Below, one piece after another: positions 23,830 through 36,164 of a stretch of DNA of 64,000 nt (positions are counted from its first letter, which is position 1; each line of letters opens with the position of its first letter). Made by a program: the position numbers and the translations under genes. This DNA comes from Vicugna vicugna. Its lineage: Eukaryota. The notes beneath the pieces are model-generated. The model searched no databases and was not told where the DNA came from. It was given only the letters and a program-made list of their open reading frames with translations. The stretch spans positions 62,001 through 126,000 of the forward strand of contig MU058528.1 in assembly GCA_013265495.1 (NCBI GenBank), given 5' to 3'.

Positions 23830-25544
23830 GCCCTGCAGGGCTAGCAGGGCAGCTCTGCTTCACGAAGTCCTCCCGGGAGATCTCTAGGTTCTGCCCCCTG
23901 GAAGTTGTGCTCACGGTTCAGATGGAGAAACAAACCACTGCAATCTACATTTCAGAATTCGTTAGCAGAATACAGCTAATACTAGTTTTTAGCGAAGATT
24001 CCTGAATGCTGTCTAAGGGACTTCTACGTCAGTCGCATGGGGTAGAGCTTAAAGGTAAGGGCTTTCTTTCTTGGAAATATAGTGTGGCCATAATTAAAAG
24101 CTAGGTTAGTCTGGGAGAAGGGGAGAACGGATTTTTAGGGATAACGTGTACTCTCTGAATGTTCCCACGAACCCTCTTTCCCAGTTTCTCCGCTTGAATA
24201 CAGTACAAATTCTTTCTTACTTTTGTAACTGGAATTTACCACGTCACATACATTTTCTCTCCCCGGGAGGGTCAGAGTCATGTTTTGTAATTTCTACTAG
24301 GTCGGATGGTGTTTGGTTGGTTAAAATATTTTTGTGTTCGTAACTCTCCCCTCAATTTAACATCCTGAAATGTACTCGCATGATTTGAAAATAAGGTCTA
24401 CCTCAGGCAGGAAGGGTTCCACCCAGCAGGAGTGTACTGGAAGTTGTGCTGATAAGGATACTGTTACCACAAAAGTGCTTTCTTACTGAAAAAATGAATT
24501 CAAGAGAAATGAAACAGGAAACTGTTCTTAAATAATCCTTATAGGACCTAACTGAAAAAATCGACTACATTGTAGCATGTGGCACAGATTTTAAACTACA
24601 CTTTTGTCTTCTGTAGGCATGGGAATTCTAGAAAATATAAACGAGATGAACTTTTAAATATTCTAAGAGTTATATAAGAATTTATAGACAAATTATAGAA
24701 CATTTTAATCTTTAGCTTATACTGTACTATAAAATTAAGTTGGTGCGGTCTCTTAAAAAGGCAAAATTTAGTTTTTTATTGAATATCAGTTTTTTGAGGG
24801 AGGAAGTAAATGGCTGAGTTTGGATTTCTGGGCTTCTAAGCTTGGTGTTTCAGTTTCATATTATATCTAAATCTTTAAGCCAAATCAAGCTCCCATCTGT
24901 TTCACAAAACATTGGAAGACATTTAAACGGCTTTCGTAAGTACGTCTTTGAATGAAGAGGATTTTTCTTCTTTTTCCAACACGTGTTGAGTCCTCAGCTG
25001 AGCTCTCCTCTCACTTGATTCTTGCTGTTTCTGCTTTGTTTCAGCAATGCGTACAGCACATTCTTGTTTGCAGTAAAAAAAAAAAAAAGTCGTCATATGG
25101 ATTGTTTTGACCGTTTCCATGACATGCAAATGGACAAGGATTTTAAAAAATGTTCTCGGCCCTAAAACAAACGATATTTATTTAAACATCTAGGTAACCA
25201 GACCTCCTTTTAAACTTTATCACTTGTTCTTCTTCTAGCTGAAAAGAGAGTATTTTTGTACCTTTATGAGAGGCTGGCGAAATGCCTGCTAGCTCTCTGA
25301 CCTCCTGCTAAATATCCCTGTGGACTTTTACCTGCTTCATAGCTTCTCAGCCGTTAACAGTGCTTTGGACAAAGGCTACTACTGGGCTGGCTACTGTCAT
25401 TGGACAGAATTTGTACCCAGGAGGGCCTTCAGATTTCCACACAGCAAAATCTTCTGTGGGATCGCTAAGGGCCAAGCTGGAGTAGCAGAAAGAGGGAAAC
25501 TCAGGGCTTTAGTCACAATAAACAGCGACCCTGTCATATACGCC

Positions 25545-25980
25545 TGAAGTTCAGAGCTAGGTATGCAGCTTTGGAAGCCATTTGTGTAGAGATGATAGTT
25601 GAAGGTTTCTAACTTCAAACAAAAAACCTTAGGAAAACTCTGGGGAGAAGGAAATGGAGCCAGAGAGGTCATTGGTGACAATGGCTGGACACCGCCCCTG
25701 GACTGACTGCTGAGAGACCAGTTTCAGCGTGTGGAGCAGAATGAGCCTGATTTTCAGGGGATGAAGAAACAAGTGAATGGGGAGATGCGAGCAGGGGTAC
25801 AGAGGCTTCTTGAGTGGGTGTGGAGTGAAGGGGCAAAGCAGGATGGGCGAGCCAGTGCAGGTTGCCCAGGGGCAGACAGTTTTCTTCCAGGCTGAGAAGG
25901 TTCTTGGTAGCCTTGTGTGCAGAAACAGAGGAGAGACTGATGATGCAAGAGAACTAAATGAGGTCAAGGGAAGGCTGTAC
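25545..25980 (-). mobile_element. L2 fragment
   Basis: tttggaagccatttgtgtagagatgatagttgaag and gaggtcattggtgac match antisense L2. Confidence 0.55.
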
Positions 25981-25981
25981 T

Positions 25982-26315
25982 GAGTGGGGGAAGAGCACAG
26001 CCTTCAGACTCTTTAGAGTAAGAGACAGAGCTTGCTAGAATCCTAGAACTGTATCACATTGGGCAAGTTAATCGATCCCCCTAAATCAGTTTATTCATCC
26101 ATAAAATGAAGACGAAATGTAATACAATAGACTGACTCCTGGTATGATCAGGGCGTGAGGAGCGATGACGAGATCTTAGAGAAGTCTAATGGCAACACAT
26201 TTATTTTACAAGCAAAGAAAGGAGACCCAGAGGAATACAGTGACTTACTTAAAGTTATGTAAATAGTTGGAGAACTAGAATTTGCACCCAGAATTCCTAA
26301 TTCTCAGTCCGCTTC
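25982..26315. mobile_element. Two MIR fragments (+ at about 25982-26120, - at about 26170-26315)
   Basis: ttgggcaagtta...tcagtttattcatccataaaatg, and attttacaagcaaagaaaggagacccagag...agtgactt. Confidence 0.6.
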
Positions 26316-26942
26316 TATTTTGTTGCAGTCTTGACCAGTAGGAGAAACTGACAAGATGAATGTTACCAGTAAAGTTCTACGTTGGCTAAAAGATAAACTG
26401 TGAGCATAGATTGGTTTGGAAGGTGGAGAGGACAACGGTCTTGACCCCAGCCCCTACAGGAAAGACACAGAGGATTTTAGTTCCGCAAGCACAGTATGAG
26501 CCAACGGTACACACCGTTGCTGAGAAGGGTGGTGCGGGCACAGCCCTTACTCCTGTGAGGAATGCCCATGCGGACGAGGTCACGCCACGCCGGAGGCTCT
26601 GTCCAGGGGGTACCTCCCTGCGCATGTGAGATGAAATCAGAGATTGAGGAGCACATAGTGGAGGTGGAGATTTACTTTGTAGAGTCTTAGGAATAAAATC
26701 ATAATATTAAAAAAGAAAACAAACTATCCTGGAAAAGAAGGTAAACTTGTAGCTTCACAGAGATCCATCTGGGACCTCCGAAGGGAAGTTTTGGAACAAA
26801 GCAGATCTTGGCTGAAAATGATGCGGAACCAAGGACTTCAGGTGTTAAAGCATGGGATGGAGTTCCTTTACTTCTCTGTGAAGCAGTGCTTGTGGGGAGG
26901 TGAGTGGGCATTATCACGGGTTGTCTAGGGGTCCACTTTTTG

Positions 26943-27035
26943 CTTTTTTTCAATGAACTTTATTTTAGAATAGTTTGAGACTTACTGCAAAGCTGCAGAG
27001 ACAGTACTGAGGGTTCCCATCAACCCCATCACAGT
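26943..27035 (-). mobile_element. Old L1MB/MC 3'-end fragment
   Basis: actttattttagaatagtttgagacttactgcaaagctgca...gggttcccat. Confidence 0.6.
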
Positions 27036-27039
27036 TACC

Positions 27040-28290
27040 AGGGACAACTTCAAAAGAGGAAAGATCTACCCAGGACGGAAAGAGTGAAAACTGTCTCTGA
27101 GCGAAAAAGGAAAAAGCAGCCTTGCCGTTCATCAGGCTGGGAGGACAGACCCAGATCAGCCAGCTGCAAAATGAATAGGAGACACAATTTCTCCGAAGGT
27201 CCTGCAACAGCTGTCATGTGCTGTCGTGACCCTGTCTTTGAGTGACTGCCTTTTGCACAGGATGGTCCCACGCCTGCTTTTCTTAAAAAGAAAAAAAAAA
27301 TTTTTTTCAACTGAAGTACAGTCAGTTTACAATGTGTCAATTTCTGGTGTACAGCATAATGTTTCAGTCATACGTGAACATACATATATTCATTTTCATA
27401 TTCTTTTTTACCATAAGTTACTACAAGATATTGAATATAGTTCCCTGTGCTGTACAGTATGAACTTATTGTTCATCTATTTTATATATATTAGTTAGTAT
27501 CTGCAAATCTTGAACTTCCAATTTATCCCTTCCTGCCCCCTTCCCCCTCTGGTAACCATAAGTTTGTTTTCTATTTCTGTGAGTCTGTTTCTGTTTTGTA
27601 GATGAGTTCATTAGTGTCTTCTTTTTTTATTTTTCTAGATTCCACATATAAGTGATATCATATGGTATTTTTCTTTCTCTCTCTGGCTTACTTCACTTAG
27701 AATGACAATCTCCAGGTTCATTCATGTTGCTGCAAATGGCATTATTTTATCCTTTTAAATGGCTGAGTAGTATTCTGCTGTATAAAAATACCACAACTTC
27801 TTTATCCAGTCATCTGTTGATGGACATTTGCATTGTTTCCATGTCTTAGTTATTGTAAATAGTGCTGCTATGAACATTGGGGTGCATAATGTATCTTTTT
27901 GAATTAAGGTTCCCTCTGGATATATGCCCAGAAGGGGGACTGCTGGATCGTATGGTAAGTCTGCCTGCTTTTTATACCCATCTATTACCAGAGATATTGA
28001 ATTGCTGAGTTGACCTTGTTTTATGTCAATGCCCAGTCCTAAGTTAATCCCCTTTTGTCCCAGAAACAGTAACCAACCCAGAGTTGGCCCCTACTTTCCT
28101 AGACCCTCTTTTCACAGAAATAAAACTTTAGAAGAAACTTCTCTCCCCTCTCCCTCTTGTCCAGAGATGCTGGTGTTCTGTGCGTGCACAAGAGCACCCT
28201 CCCCTGCTGCATCTACTCAATAAATCTGAGTTTGTCAGACTACAGGCTTGTCCCTGGTGCTCTTTGCCTGGTGAGGCTTTAGCAACTCAT
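27040..28290 (+). mobile_element. Old ERV1-type LTR split by an L1 insertion
   Basis: LTR-like 3' end ctcaataaatctgagtttgtcagactacaggcttgtccctggtg. The 5' boundary is uncertain. Confidence 0.45.
27282..27961 (-). mobile_element. 5'-truncated camelid-type LINE-1
   Basis: tgaagtacagtcagtttacaatgtgtcaatttctggtgtacagc is the antisense L1 3' end. TSD GCCTGCTTTT at 27272-27281 and 27963-27972. Confidence 0.9.
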
Positions 28291-28539
28291 ACAATAGGAG
28301 GGCTGGTGGCATCCGTAGTACCTTTTAGAGATTTGAAGCTGACTTGACTTGATGCATGAACGGATTGGATGGCCCATTTGATGTGATTCTGGGGGCACTA
28401 GGTGAATGAGAAAGCAAGCAGCCTTCTGGAGTGTCTGCAGGGGGTGGTTTGGTTGGTAAAGATGGAACGAGGTTCTGCTCTACTAGCTGAACATTTTTAG
28501 ATACTGCTTCTGTGGTCAGTGGACAATTAGTGCCTTCTC

Positions 28540-28738
28540 TCTATCTGAGCAGATAGCATGTACCAGGCAGTGTGCCAAATGCCTGTAGACATTGTATCTG
28601 GGACATCCTCACAGCAGTCCAGCTTGCAGATAGGGAAACCGAGGCTCTGAGAGGTTAGGTTACTTCTCCTGGGTTGTAAGTAGCAGAATTAGTGTTTGAA
28701 CTCAGGACTATGTGACTCTGTGTACTCTTAGCTACTGT
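28540..28738 (-). mobile_element. MIR
   Basis: gcagatagggaaaccgaggctctgagaggttagg...tttgaactcagg core. Confidence 0.75.
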
Positions 28739-30057
28739 TAAGTTGTTTCTTTACAGATTTTTCTGTAGCCCCCGGTCTGGCAGGGTTCAGTTCAAGTTTT
28801 CCCTTCCTCATCCTCATCCCCTGCCTGAGTTTTGTTTCAGAAAGATATTTTAACTTTGTTAACTGCAAAATAGATCATCAGCAGGCAGGGTCCCTGGTTT
28901 TTTTCTCAGTATTCCCTGCCCCAGTGGAGGGGCAGCAGCCACTGCCTTCTTGCTCCAGTTCCAGTCTCTGCTCTCCGTGGCCTTCTTTGATGTCTCCATG
29001 CAGACCAGTGTCACCAGGTGACCAACCCCCATCAAGCTGACCCAGTATCCCTTTCAAGTTAAGTGTCTATTTAACACATTGTGAGTTTTAATGAAGTCAT
29101 TTAAATCTCCAATACCTTTTTGTGACTCTTTTGCTTAATAAGGAGAACCCAGTGGTGGAATCTGCTACTCTGACTTTTGGGTTCATTTCCTAGAAGAACC
29201 TTGAGAGTTACCCTTAACCTGGTAGAAGTTGCTTAGGACATGGTATAAGTTGATTCCAGTGTAATTCTTGTGGTTGTGGCCCAGTGAAATGTTCTTTTAA
29301 TGTTTGGGAGACACCCAAGGGGCGCCAGAACTTCCTACTCCTTAGGAACCCTTCACTGACTTATGCTATCTCAGTGGGCCAGTCAGTAATTCCATGAGGA
29401 CCAGGGCACTCACACGGCCCTTTCCCGACTCCTGTTTCCTAGAGAACTGCAGGAGCAAGTGCTTGCCAGAAATGTGACTGCTAACTGGACTCCCGAGAAA
29501 ACCTAGCTCTCCTCGGGTTTGAGTTCGGGTCACTTTGGTCTTTGTCAGAGTCTTTTTCTGGTGAAAGAGAGTCTCTGTTAACCTTGTCCCTCCTCTGGAC
29601 TCAAGTGACAGCTTAGCCACTGAAGAAAGGATTCTCCCGAGTAGAAATGACAGAACATTTCCAGCTGGTAAGTAGAGAACTTGGAGGGCGGGAAACCATA
29701 GCAGCAAGAGGCTTGAGATGGGAGATGGGAAATATTTGACAGTATTTACAAGGCAACCTTGGATACTGGCAGGATGGCTCCCTGGGGGTTATGCAGTAGG
29801 AAAGTGGGATATTTATTATAAATGTGTTTGGAGTGATCCTATTCTTTGCAGGAAGTTGTCTCCCTGACCTAAAACCTCTTTTTCATTATCTAATTCATCT
29901 GATTAAAAGGTTTGTGAATTGTGAGGAGATGCATTTACAGACTACAGCTTCAGCAGAGGAAAGTCAAAGATCAAATATTACTTAAAAATACATTCCTTAG
30001 TAAGAAGCAGTAGAGTCCATAAAACAAAACACAAACTAACTAATAAACAAACAACCG

Positions 30058-30079
30058 ACACACACACACACACACACAC
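30058..30079. repeat. (AC)11 microsatellite
   Basis: Direct reading. Confidence 0.95.
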
Positions 30080-32399
30080 GTGCAAGATTTGAAGTCAGAA
30101 AGATCCAAAATAAAATCCCTACCTTATTTTTTCCTCTGTGCAATGTTATGTAATTTGCACAATTTCTCTGCACATCAATTTTCTTATCTACAAAAGTGAG
30201 ACAACAATAATCATTTAGGGCTTTCATTAATAAAATTTTATGTTTACAATTAGCCAGTTCTTGCTCAACCGAGGGCAATTAAGGAAGGGTCTAATGGCTC
30301 AGATGGTAGTAGAAACATAATTTAACTCCTTCACGAAGATCTTCTTCATGATGTTGCAAATTTTGCTCAGGTGAGTTTTGATCGGCGTACAACATGCACA
30401 ATGTATGGCCATTCCCACGAGTCTACATCATATGGATGCATTTTCCTTCCCTTTATATTGACTTAAATCCCCATTCCCATAAAAAAAGCATCTTCACTGT
30501 CTCCAGGTGCAGGGATTTGATCATTTGTCTCCAAATTGTATTCAAAATACATCTAAAGTATCACCATAAATGTTTCCACCAGTTCTCACTGAGCTCTCCT
30601 TCCTTTGGACCACATGCATCAGCATTGTTGCTAATTGTTGCATTTGGGTTATTTTTCTCTCCTCAGCTAGATTATCAATGTCAGATCTGGGCTTGCTTAC
30701 ATTTCTTTGTTTTTTTGTACTTCCCATGGTATACATCACGGGGACTGCTCAATAAGGAATTATTGATTACATGATTTTTGGCACAAATGTTAGAAATACA
30801 GTATGCTGAAGTGAACTAAATGTATTTACTGAATTAGTACAAAAATAACATGGAAAGAAAGAATGAAAAATAGCAGTTCTCTTTTAACTTACTTTGATTT
30901 TGTGTGGATTTAGTGGGATCAGTTTTTGATTAGTCCAGCACAAAATATTCTGTTTTTCAAAAGTCTTTGTAAAAAAAAAAGGGACTTGGCCATGGTTCTC
31001 TTAAGTCTTTCCTTCAGATACTTTTTTTTTTTGAGGGGTATATGCAGTAGTGCAAGCTCCTGTCCCTGTTCTTATTTAAAATACATTGTTACCTTTTCAC
31101 AGAGTACTAGGGATTGTTTTTCAAGAAAGCAATTCATGACTAGGCTGCAATACAACCACTAGATGGCAGGCGATTGCTAGAGAAAGAAGAGGGGTTCTCC
31201 CTCTTCTTTCTGAATCATGATTATTTTGGGGGATTGGTATATTTCCACTGCGCTGTCTCAGTCAACAGGCCTTGCCAATAACTCCTTAATTTCTATAAAG
31301 TTCTTCAGCATTAGCTTTCCAGAGATTTTAAAAGCGATTGCAAAACATTCCATGAAATATAACCGGCCAGATATTTTTCCACTACCACATCTAACTCTAG
31401 TCTGACCTTTTATTCCCCCCAATTTTCTTAAGCCATAAATGGTGTCCTGATATGCCATGGGAATTAGAAGAAATTACAATGAGCAGAAACGCATTATTCA
31501 GAGAAATGGAGAATTTACACGTTCTTATATAAAACCTGAAGTTTATTTAGAATTGTAATTTTTTTTCAAAACAATGGAGTGAAATACAGTTTTGTCTACA
31601 AGTGTCTTAAGGGCTGTTTGAGACGCCTTGGGGAACATTGTCTCGTGTCTGTCAGTACGTACATTTCACCTGTCCTGTGAAAGTTAGAGACGATCATGAA
31701 CCCTGTCAGAGAACTCTGCGTCCCACCTGTGTGCTCACCTCCCAAGGTACCTGTGCATCTTGACAGACCTGGTATGACTCCCTACACTGTAGTTATGAGC
31801 ATTTTCTATTTTCTTTGCTACATTTTTCATATGCCAGTCTTCTAGGGATGTTAATAAGATTCAGAGAGAAAATTGAAAGCTCTACCTGTACCTCTTAATT
31901 AGTGAAATGAATGAAACCAATTCAACTCTGCTGGCACCCAAAAGTTCTTCAGAGTCATGGAATTCCCCATCACTATGAATGAGACCTGTGGTGAATTAAC
32001 TAACTCAGCAATTAATTTATGGTATTCAGCCTAACCCTTAGAATTTATATATGTAATATTTTAAAAGCTACTGAACAGGTATTACTATACACGGGCTGAT
32101 TACAAGGTTTATTTGTTGTTGTCAACATTAGCAACTGTATCTGATCTGGTTAGTTGAAAATGAAAGATTCTCTAATGGTAGCTTGGTAAATAAAACCTTT
32201 TGAAATTTTAGAGTTAAGAAAACTTGATATAATGATAAACTCTCCTCTTCAGACAAATCTGATTATCCTGGGGAGAGAAATGAACAGCTCATGCGTTGCA
32301 CACCTTTGTGATCCAAGGTTCCTTCCTGGCAGAGTGTTGAGCAACAAATGAGGAGTGAAGTGCCTGGGGCTGGAGGCACTTAGCCAAGGCAGCACTTAC

Positions 32400-32750
32400 G
32401 TCCCACCCACCGTCCTCAGCTGGTAGGAAGCTTTGACGCTGTGCTCTGCACCAGAACTTTACACATTGTAACTGACTATACTTCAAAACAAAACAAAACA
32501 AAACACTGAAAAGAAAAAAATGTAGTAAAATTATCTATGTCTACAATAAGCAGTTAAGGGGTACACAAAATTAAAAGATGTAAAATAAGATGTCAAAAAT
32601 ATAAAACATGGGGAGGTAAAAATGTAGAATTTTTAGAATATCTTGAACTTAAGGGGTCATCAAAACAGCTATATTAGGTTGTTTATATAAACCCCATGGT
32701 AACCTCAACCCAGAAATTTTTAGTAAATTCACAAAAATAAAGAGAAAAGA
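32400..32750 (+). mobile_element. L1 inter-ORF fragment containing a tiny younger L1 3' tip (about 32436-32505)
   Basis: Host: gtagtaaaattatctatgtctacaataagcagttaagggg...aaaccccatggtaacc. Insert: caccagaactttacacattgtaactgactatacttc followed by (AAAAC)n. Confidence 0.7.
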
Positions 32751-32769
32751 TCCTTTGAGATTACAACAG

Positions 32770-33705
32770 TCATAATAAAGAATATATTCATTACTCCCCA
32801 AAGTAACCCCCTTTCTTAGCTTTCTCCCATCCTCACAAGGCATCCCAACACAATGACTGGTCTGATTTCTGTCACCATCGACTGTTTCATGTTTTCTAGA
32901 AATTCATATAAGTGAAATCATGCTGTACATTATCCTATTATCATTACTTTTTGGTCTGGCTTCTTGGAGATTTTTCCATGTTGTTGCATTACTTTCTATT
33001 TTGAGTAGTTTTGTTGTATTGGCATTTCACATTTCGTTTATTCATTCATCTATTGATGGATATTTATGTTATTTCGGATTTTTAGTTATTACAAATAAAG
33101 TCACTGCAAACATTTGTGTATACATCTTTTTATGGAAAGAAGCTTTGACTTCTCTTGGGTACATACCTGGGAATGGAGCAGCTGGATTGTATATAAGGAT
33201 TATGTTTAACTTAAAAAACTACCAACTGTTTCCCAAAGTTGTTTTACCAGCATAGTATTCCCATCAGCAGTGTGAGAGTTCTAGTCGCTTCACATCCTTG
33301 CCAACACTTGGTATGGTCAGTCTTTTTTTTTTTTTTCATTATAATGTGTAGTGACTTCAATTTGTGGTTTTAATTTGCATTTCCCTCACAACTAACAATG
33401 TTGAACTTTTTTTCATGTTCTGATCTGTCATCTATATATCATTTTTGATGATGTGTCTGTTCAAATTTTTTGTCTATCTTTCATTGGAATGTTAGTTTTC
33501 TTATTATTAAGTCTTGATAGTTTTAAAAAATATGTGTTGGGCACATAAGACTTTAATTAGATTTGTGATATGAAAATATTTATCTCAGTCTGCAGCATTT
33601 CTTATCAGAAGTTTTTAATTTTTATGATGTCCAACAGATCAGTTTTTTCTTCTATGAATCATGCTTTTGTTCCTGTATGAAAGAAATCTTTCCTTACCCC
33701 AAAAT
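32770..33705 (-). mobile_element. Old L1MB/MC 3' region
   Basis: ttcatctattgatggatattt, cacatccttgccaacacttggtatggtcagtc and ttaatttgcatttccct are antisense L1 ORF2/3'UTR motifs. Confidence 0.8.
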
Positions 33706-34089
33706 GAGTTATTGATTTTTAACCAAGATTGAGCAGGGTGAAATTAACTGGAATAAAAATTGACACTAGAACATTGGGATATCTAACTGTTCCAATCTGT
33801 ATAGTGCATATTATTTTACTTTGGCATCAGTTGACCTTCTGGACAAGTTCAGGAGTTAGTAATAATTATTTCTATTCTAAATTTATAACATGATTGACTT
33901 TCACTTATGTTTTTCACTTTGTGAAAACACAAGCTGGTTCAAAGTTCTTTAATTAAAACTTAACACTAACCATGAATAGACTGCCAGATTTTGGAAGCAA
34001 AACAAGTCAAAAGCATCTTCGTGGTACCCTTCTCCCTGGAGCAATAGCAACTTCTACAGCTTCCAGGTAGACTCCAGGCCAGCCTCTGT

Positions 34090-34842
34090 GACTCCCTGCA
34101 ATTCACCCACTATTCTCCATTTCTTCAGGCATTTCTCTAGTTCAGATAACCATCATCTTTTGCTGAACTGTTGGAAAAGTTTCTAACTGCTCTGTCTTCT
34201 TCTGGTACGGCACCTTCAATGTATTCTCTACTCAGATGCCAGAATTCTTTGTAAAATACAAATATGATCAAGCCACTTCCTTGTTTATGTCTCCTATGTC
34301 TTTAAAATATAAAGTCCAAGCTCCTTAACATGGACCCTAATTACAGTGATCATATATCTTGGTTCAAGCTATTATTGTTTCAATGTGTTTACTAATTGCA
34401 ACTCCATTTCATTTCCAATGTGTCCTGGTTTTGCTGATAATTTATATGGTTGCTCTGCTTATAAGAGCTCACTGTTTTGCACTCTGGTTATGCTAAATTC
34501 CTTTCAGTTCCCTTTATTCATTGTGGCAGCAGTCACCATTGGCCTTTTGGGCATTCTTATTTCTGCCGTACCCTTTTGGCTGTCCAGCTCATATTTCTCC
34601 AGTTCACCCTTCCGGTGTCAGCCTGCACTGAACTTGTTCTATTAAGCCTTATCTCATAGTCCATAGTTTGCTTTAGGTCTCTTTTTATTCTCTCGTTATA
34701 GCATTTAACAGACCATTGTAACTATTTGTTCATTTGCCTATCTATCCCAGTAAACTGTAAGCTCTTTCAGGACAGGGGGACTTTGTGCCCCCTTCTTTAA
34801 TACATTCAGTGTGTAGAACAAATAGCTGTTAAATAAATAATG
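34090..34842 (+). mobile_element. L2 fragment interrupted by MER94
   Basis: ataaagtccaagctccttaacatgg...taaactgtaagctctttcaggacaggg...tgttaaataaataatg. Confidence 0.65.
34342..34457. mobile_element. MER94-like hAT-Blackjack MITE
   Basis: Ends cagtgatcatata and tgtgtcctggttttgctgataatttatatggttgctctg resemble MER94. Confidence 0.6.
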
Positions 34843-35980
34843 CTGACCACACCCTCTGCATATTATGACTTTGAGGCAATAAAATGCACCCTTCCCTACT
34901 GGGAGAATGTGGAAAAGTCTGATCTGCAACAGGGAAAACTAGAGCTCCCAGTATCGTATAAATAAATGGATTGCTCATATAAAAACACAAAACCCCTTCA
35001 AGGACTGAGTAAAGAAATCCTGTGATGGGAAGTGTCCAAGTGTAAGATTTAATTATGCTACAACATTCTCCGAGTTCTTGCCTGATCTTGCAGCATCCAG
35101 CACTTGGATTCTCACTGTACTTCTTGACCCTCAGAACCTTAGTTTTTCTCTATCATAAATATGAAAAAGAATTCTTTGCTTTTATTGCACTCAGCTAAAA
35201 GAGACTAGAATTATTTTCTAATAGATAATGCAACAAATTAGAGAAAGGAAAAGCCAGAAACGAATAATAATAGCCACAAAAGTTACAAACATTATAAAAA
35301 TGAGCAAGTTCTCAAAACATAATTTTTAACCTTGTGTCCAAGTAAAAGCAGGAATAATCCGGGCTGTGCTTCAAATCTCCTTATTCCCTTATATAAGATA
35401 ATGACTCTGGTCTAGCCCCAAAAGGCTGCCACACATTTGCCTATGCCTGAATTGCTTCCTCCCAAATTCCTTGTTTGTTTGTAGTGAAACCTCTGAGCTT
35501 TACCTTATTTCCTTAGCATCTGGAAAATATTCATTTTGGACGTCTTATTTAAGGGCAAGTATCAACTTCTTTAAGCTTTGTCTTTTTTTCTTTACTGAAC
35601 TTTCCTTAACAGTGTGAGATGAAATCCACAATAGAGCTGTAGATTGCTAGCAAAGGACACCTTGAGGCACCATTGGATGATTCCAACCTTCTCAGTTCAA
35701 GGTTTTAGTTCTGCTTTCCTCTGAAATCTGGGGTACTAGCTCATCAAGTGAGTCCCTTAGCATATATAAGTATGTGCATACATGCACACAACACTTTGGA
35801 GAGAAACTCTGACTGAGTTTACCCATCACACTGAAGAAATGCAATAATCCTTATTATGCCGTAATAACAACTTGCACAAAACAAGAGTTAAAGTAATCAT
35901 TGCACACGATCCAACATCTAGACTTAAACTCCCTTGGACTTGTTTGCATGGCCTGCAGATTCTGGTAGGATTTTCTAGAA

Positions 35981-36164
35981 CAGATCTCTGAGTGTGGTCC
36001 TTGGAGCAGCATCGGCATCTCCTGGGAACTTGTCAGGGATGTAAATTCTCAAGCTCCAGCCCAGACCTTCTGAACCAGACCTCCAGAGAGGTGGGGCCCA
36101 GAAATCCGTGTTTTGGCAAGCCCTTCAGGTGAGTCTGAAACACTTTGAAGTTTGGGAACTGCTG
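35981..36164. mobile_element. MER5A hAT-Charlie MITE
   Basis: gtgtggtcc...gcagcatcggcatctcctgggaacttgt...gtggggcccag...aagtttgggaactgctg. TSD-like TTCTAGAA / TTTTAGGA. Confidence 0.85.

Noticed and set aside
30254..30376. Coding exon ending at CAG|GTGAGT (30370)
   Set aside because: Stops in all three frames and a weak acceptor. At most a non-coding exon.
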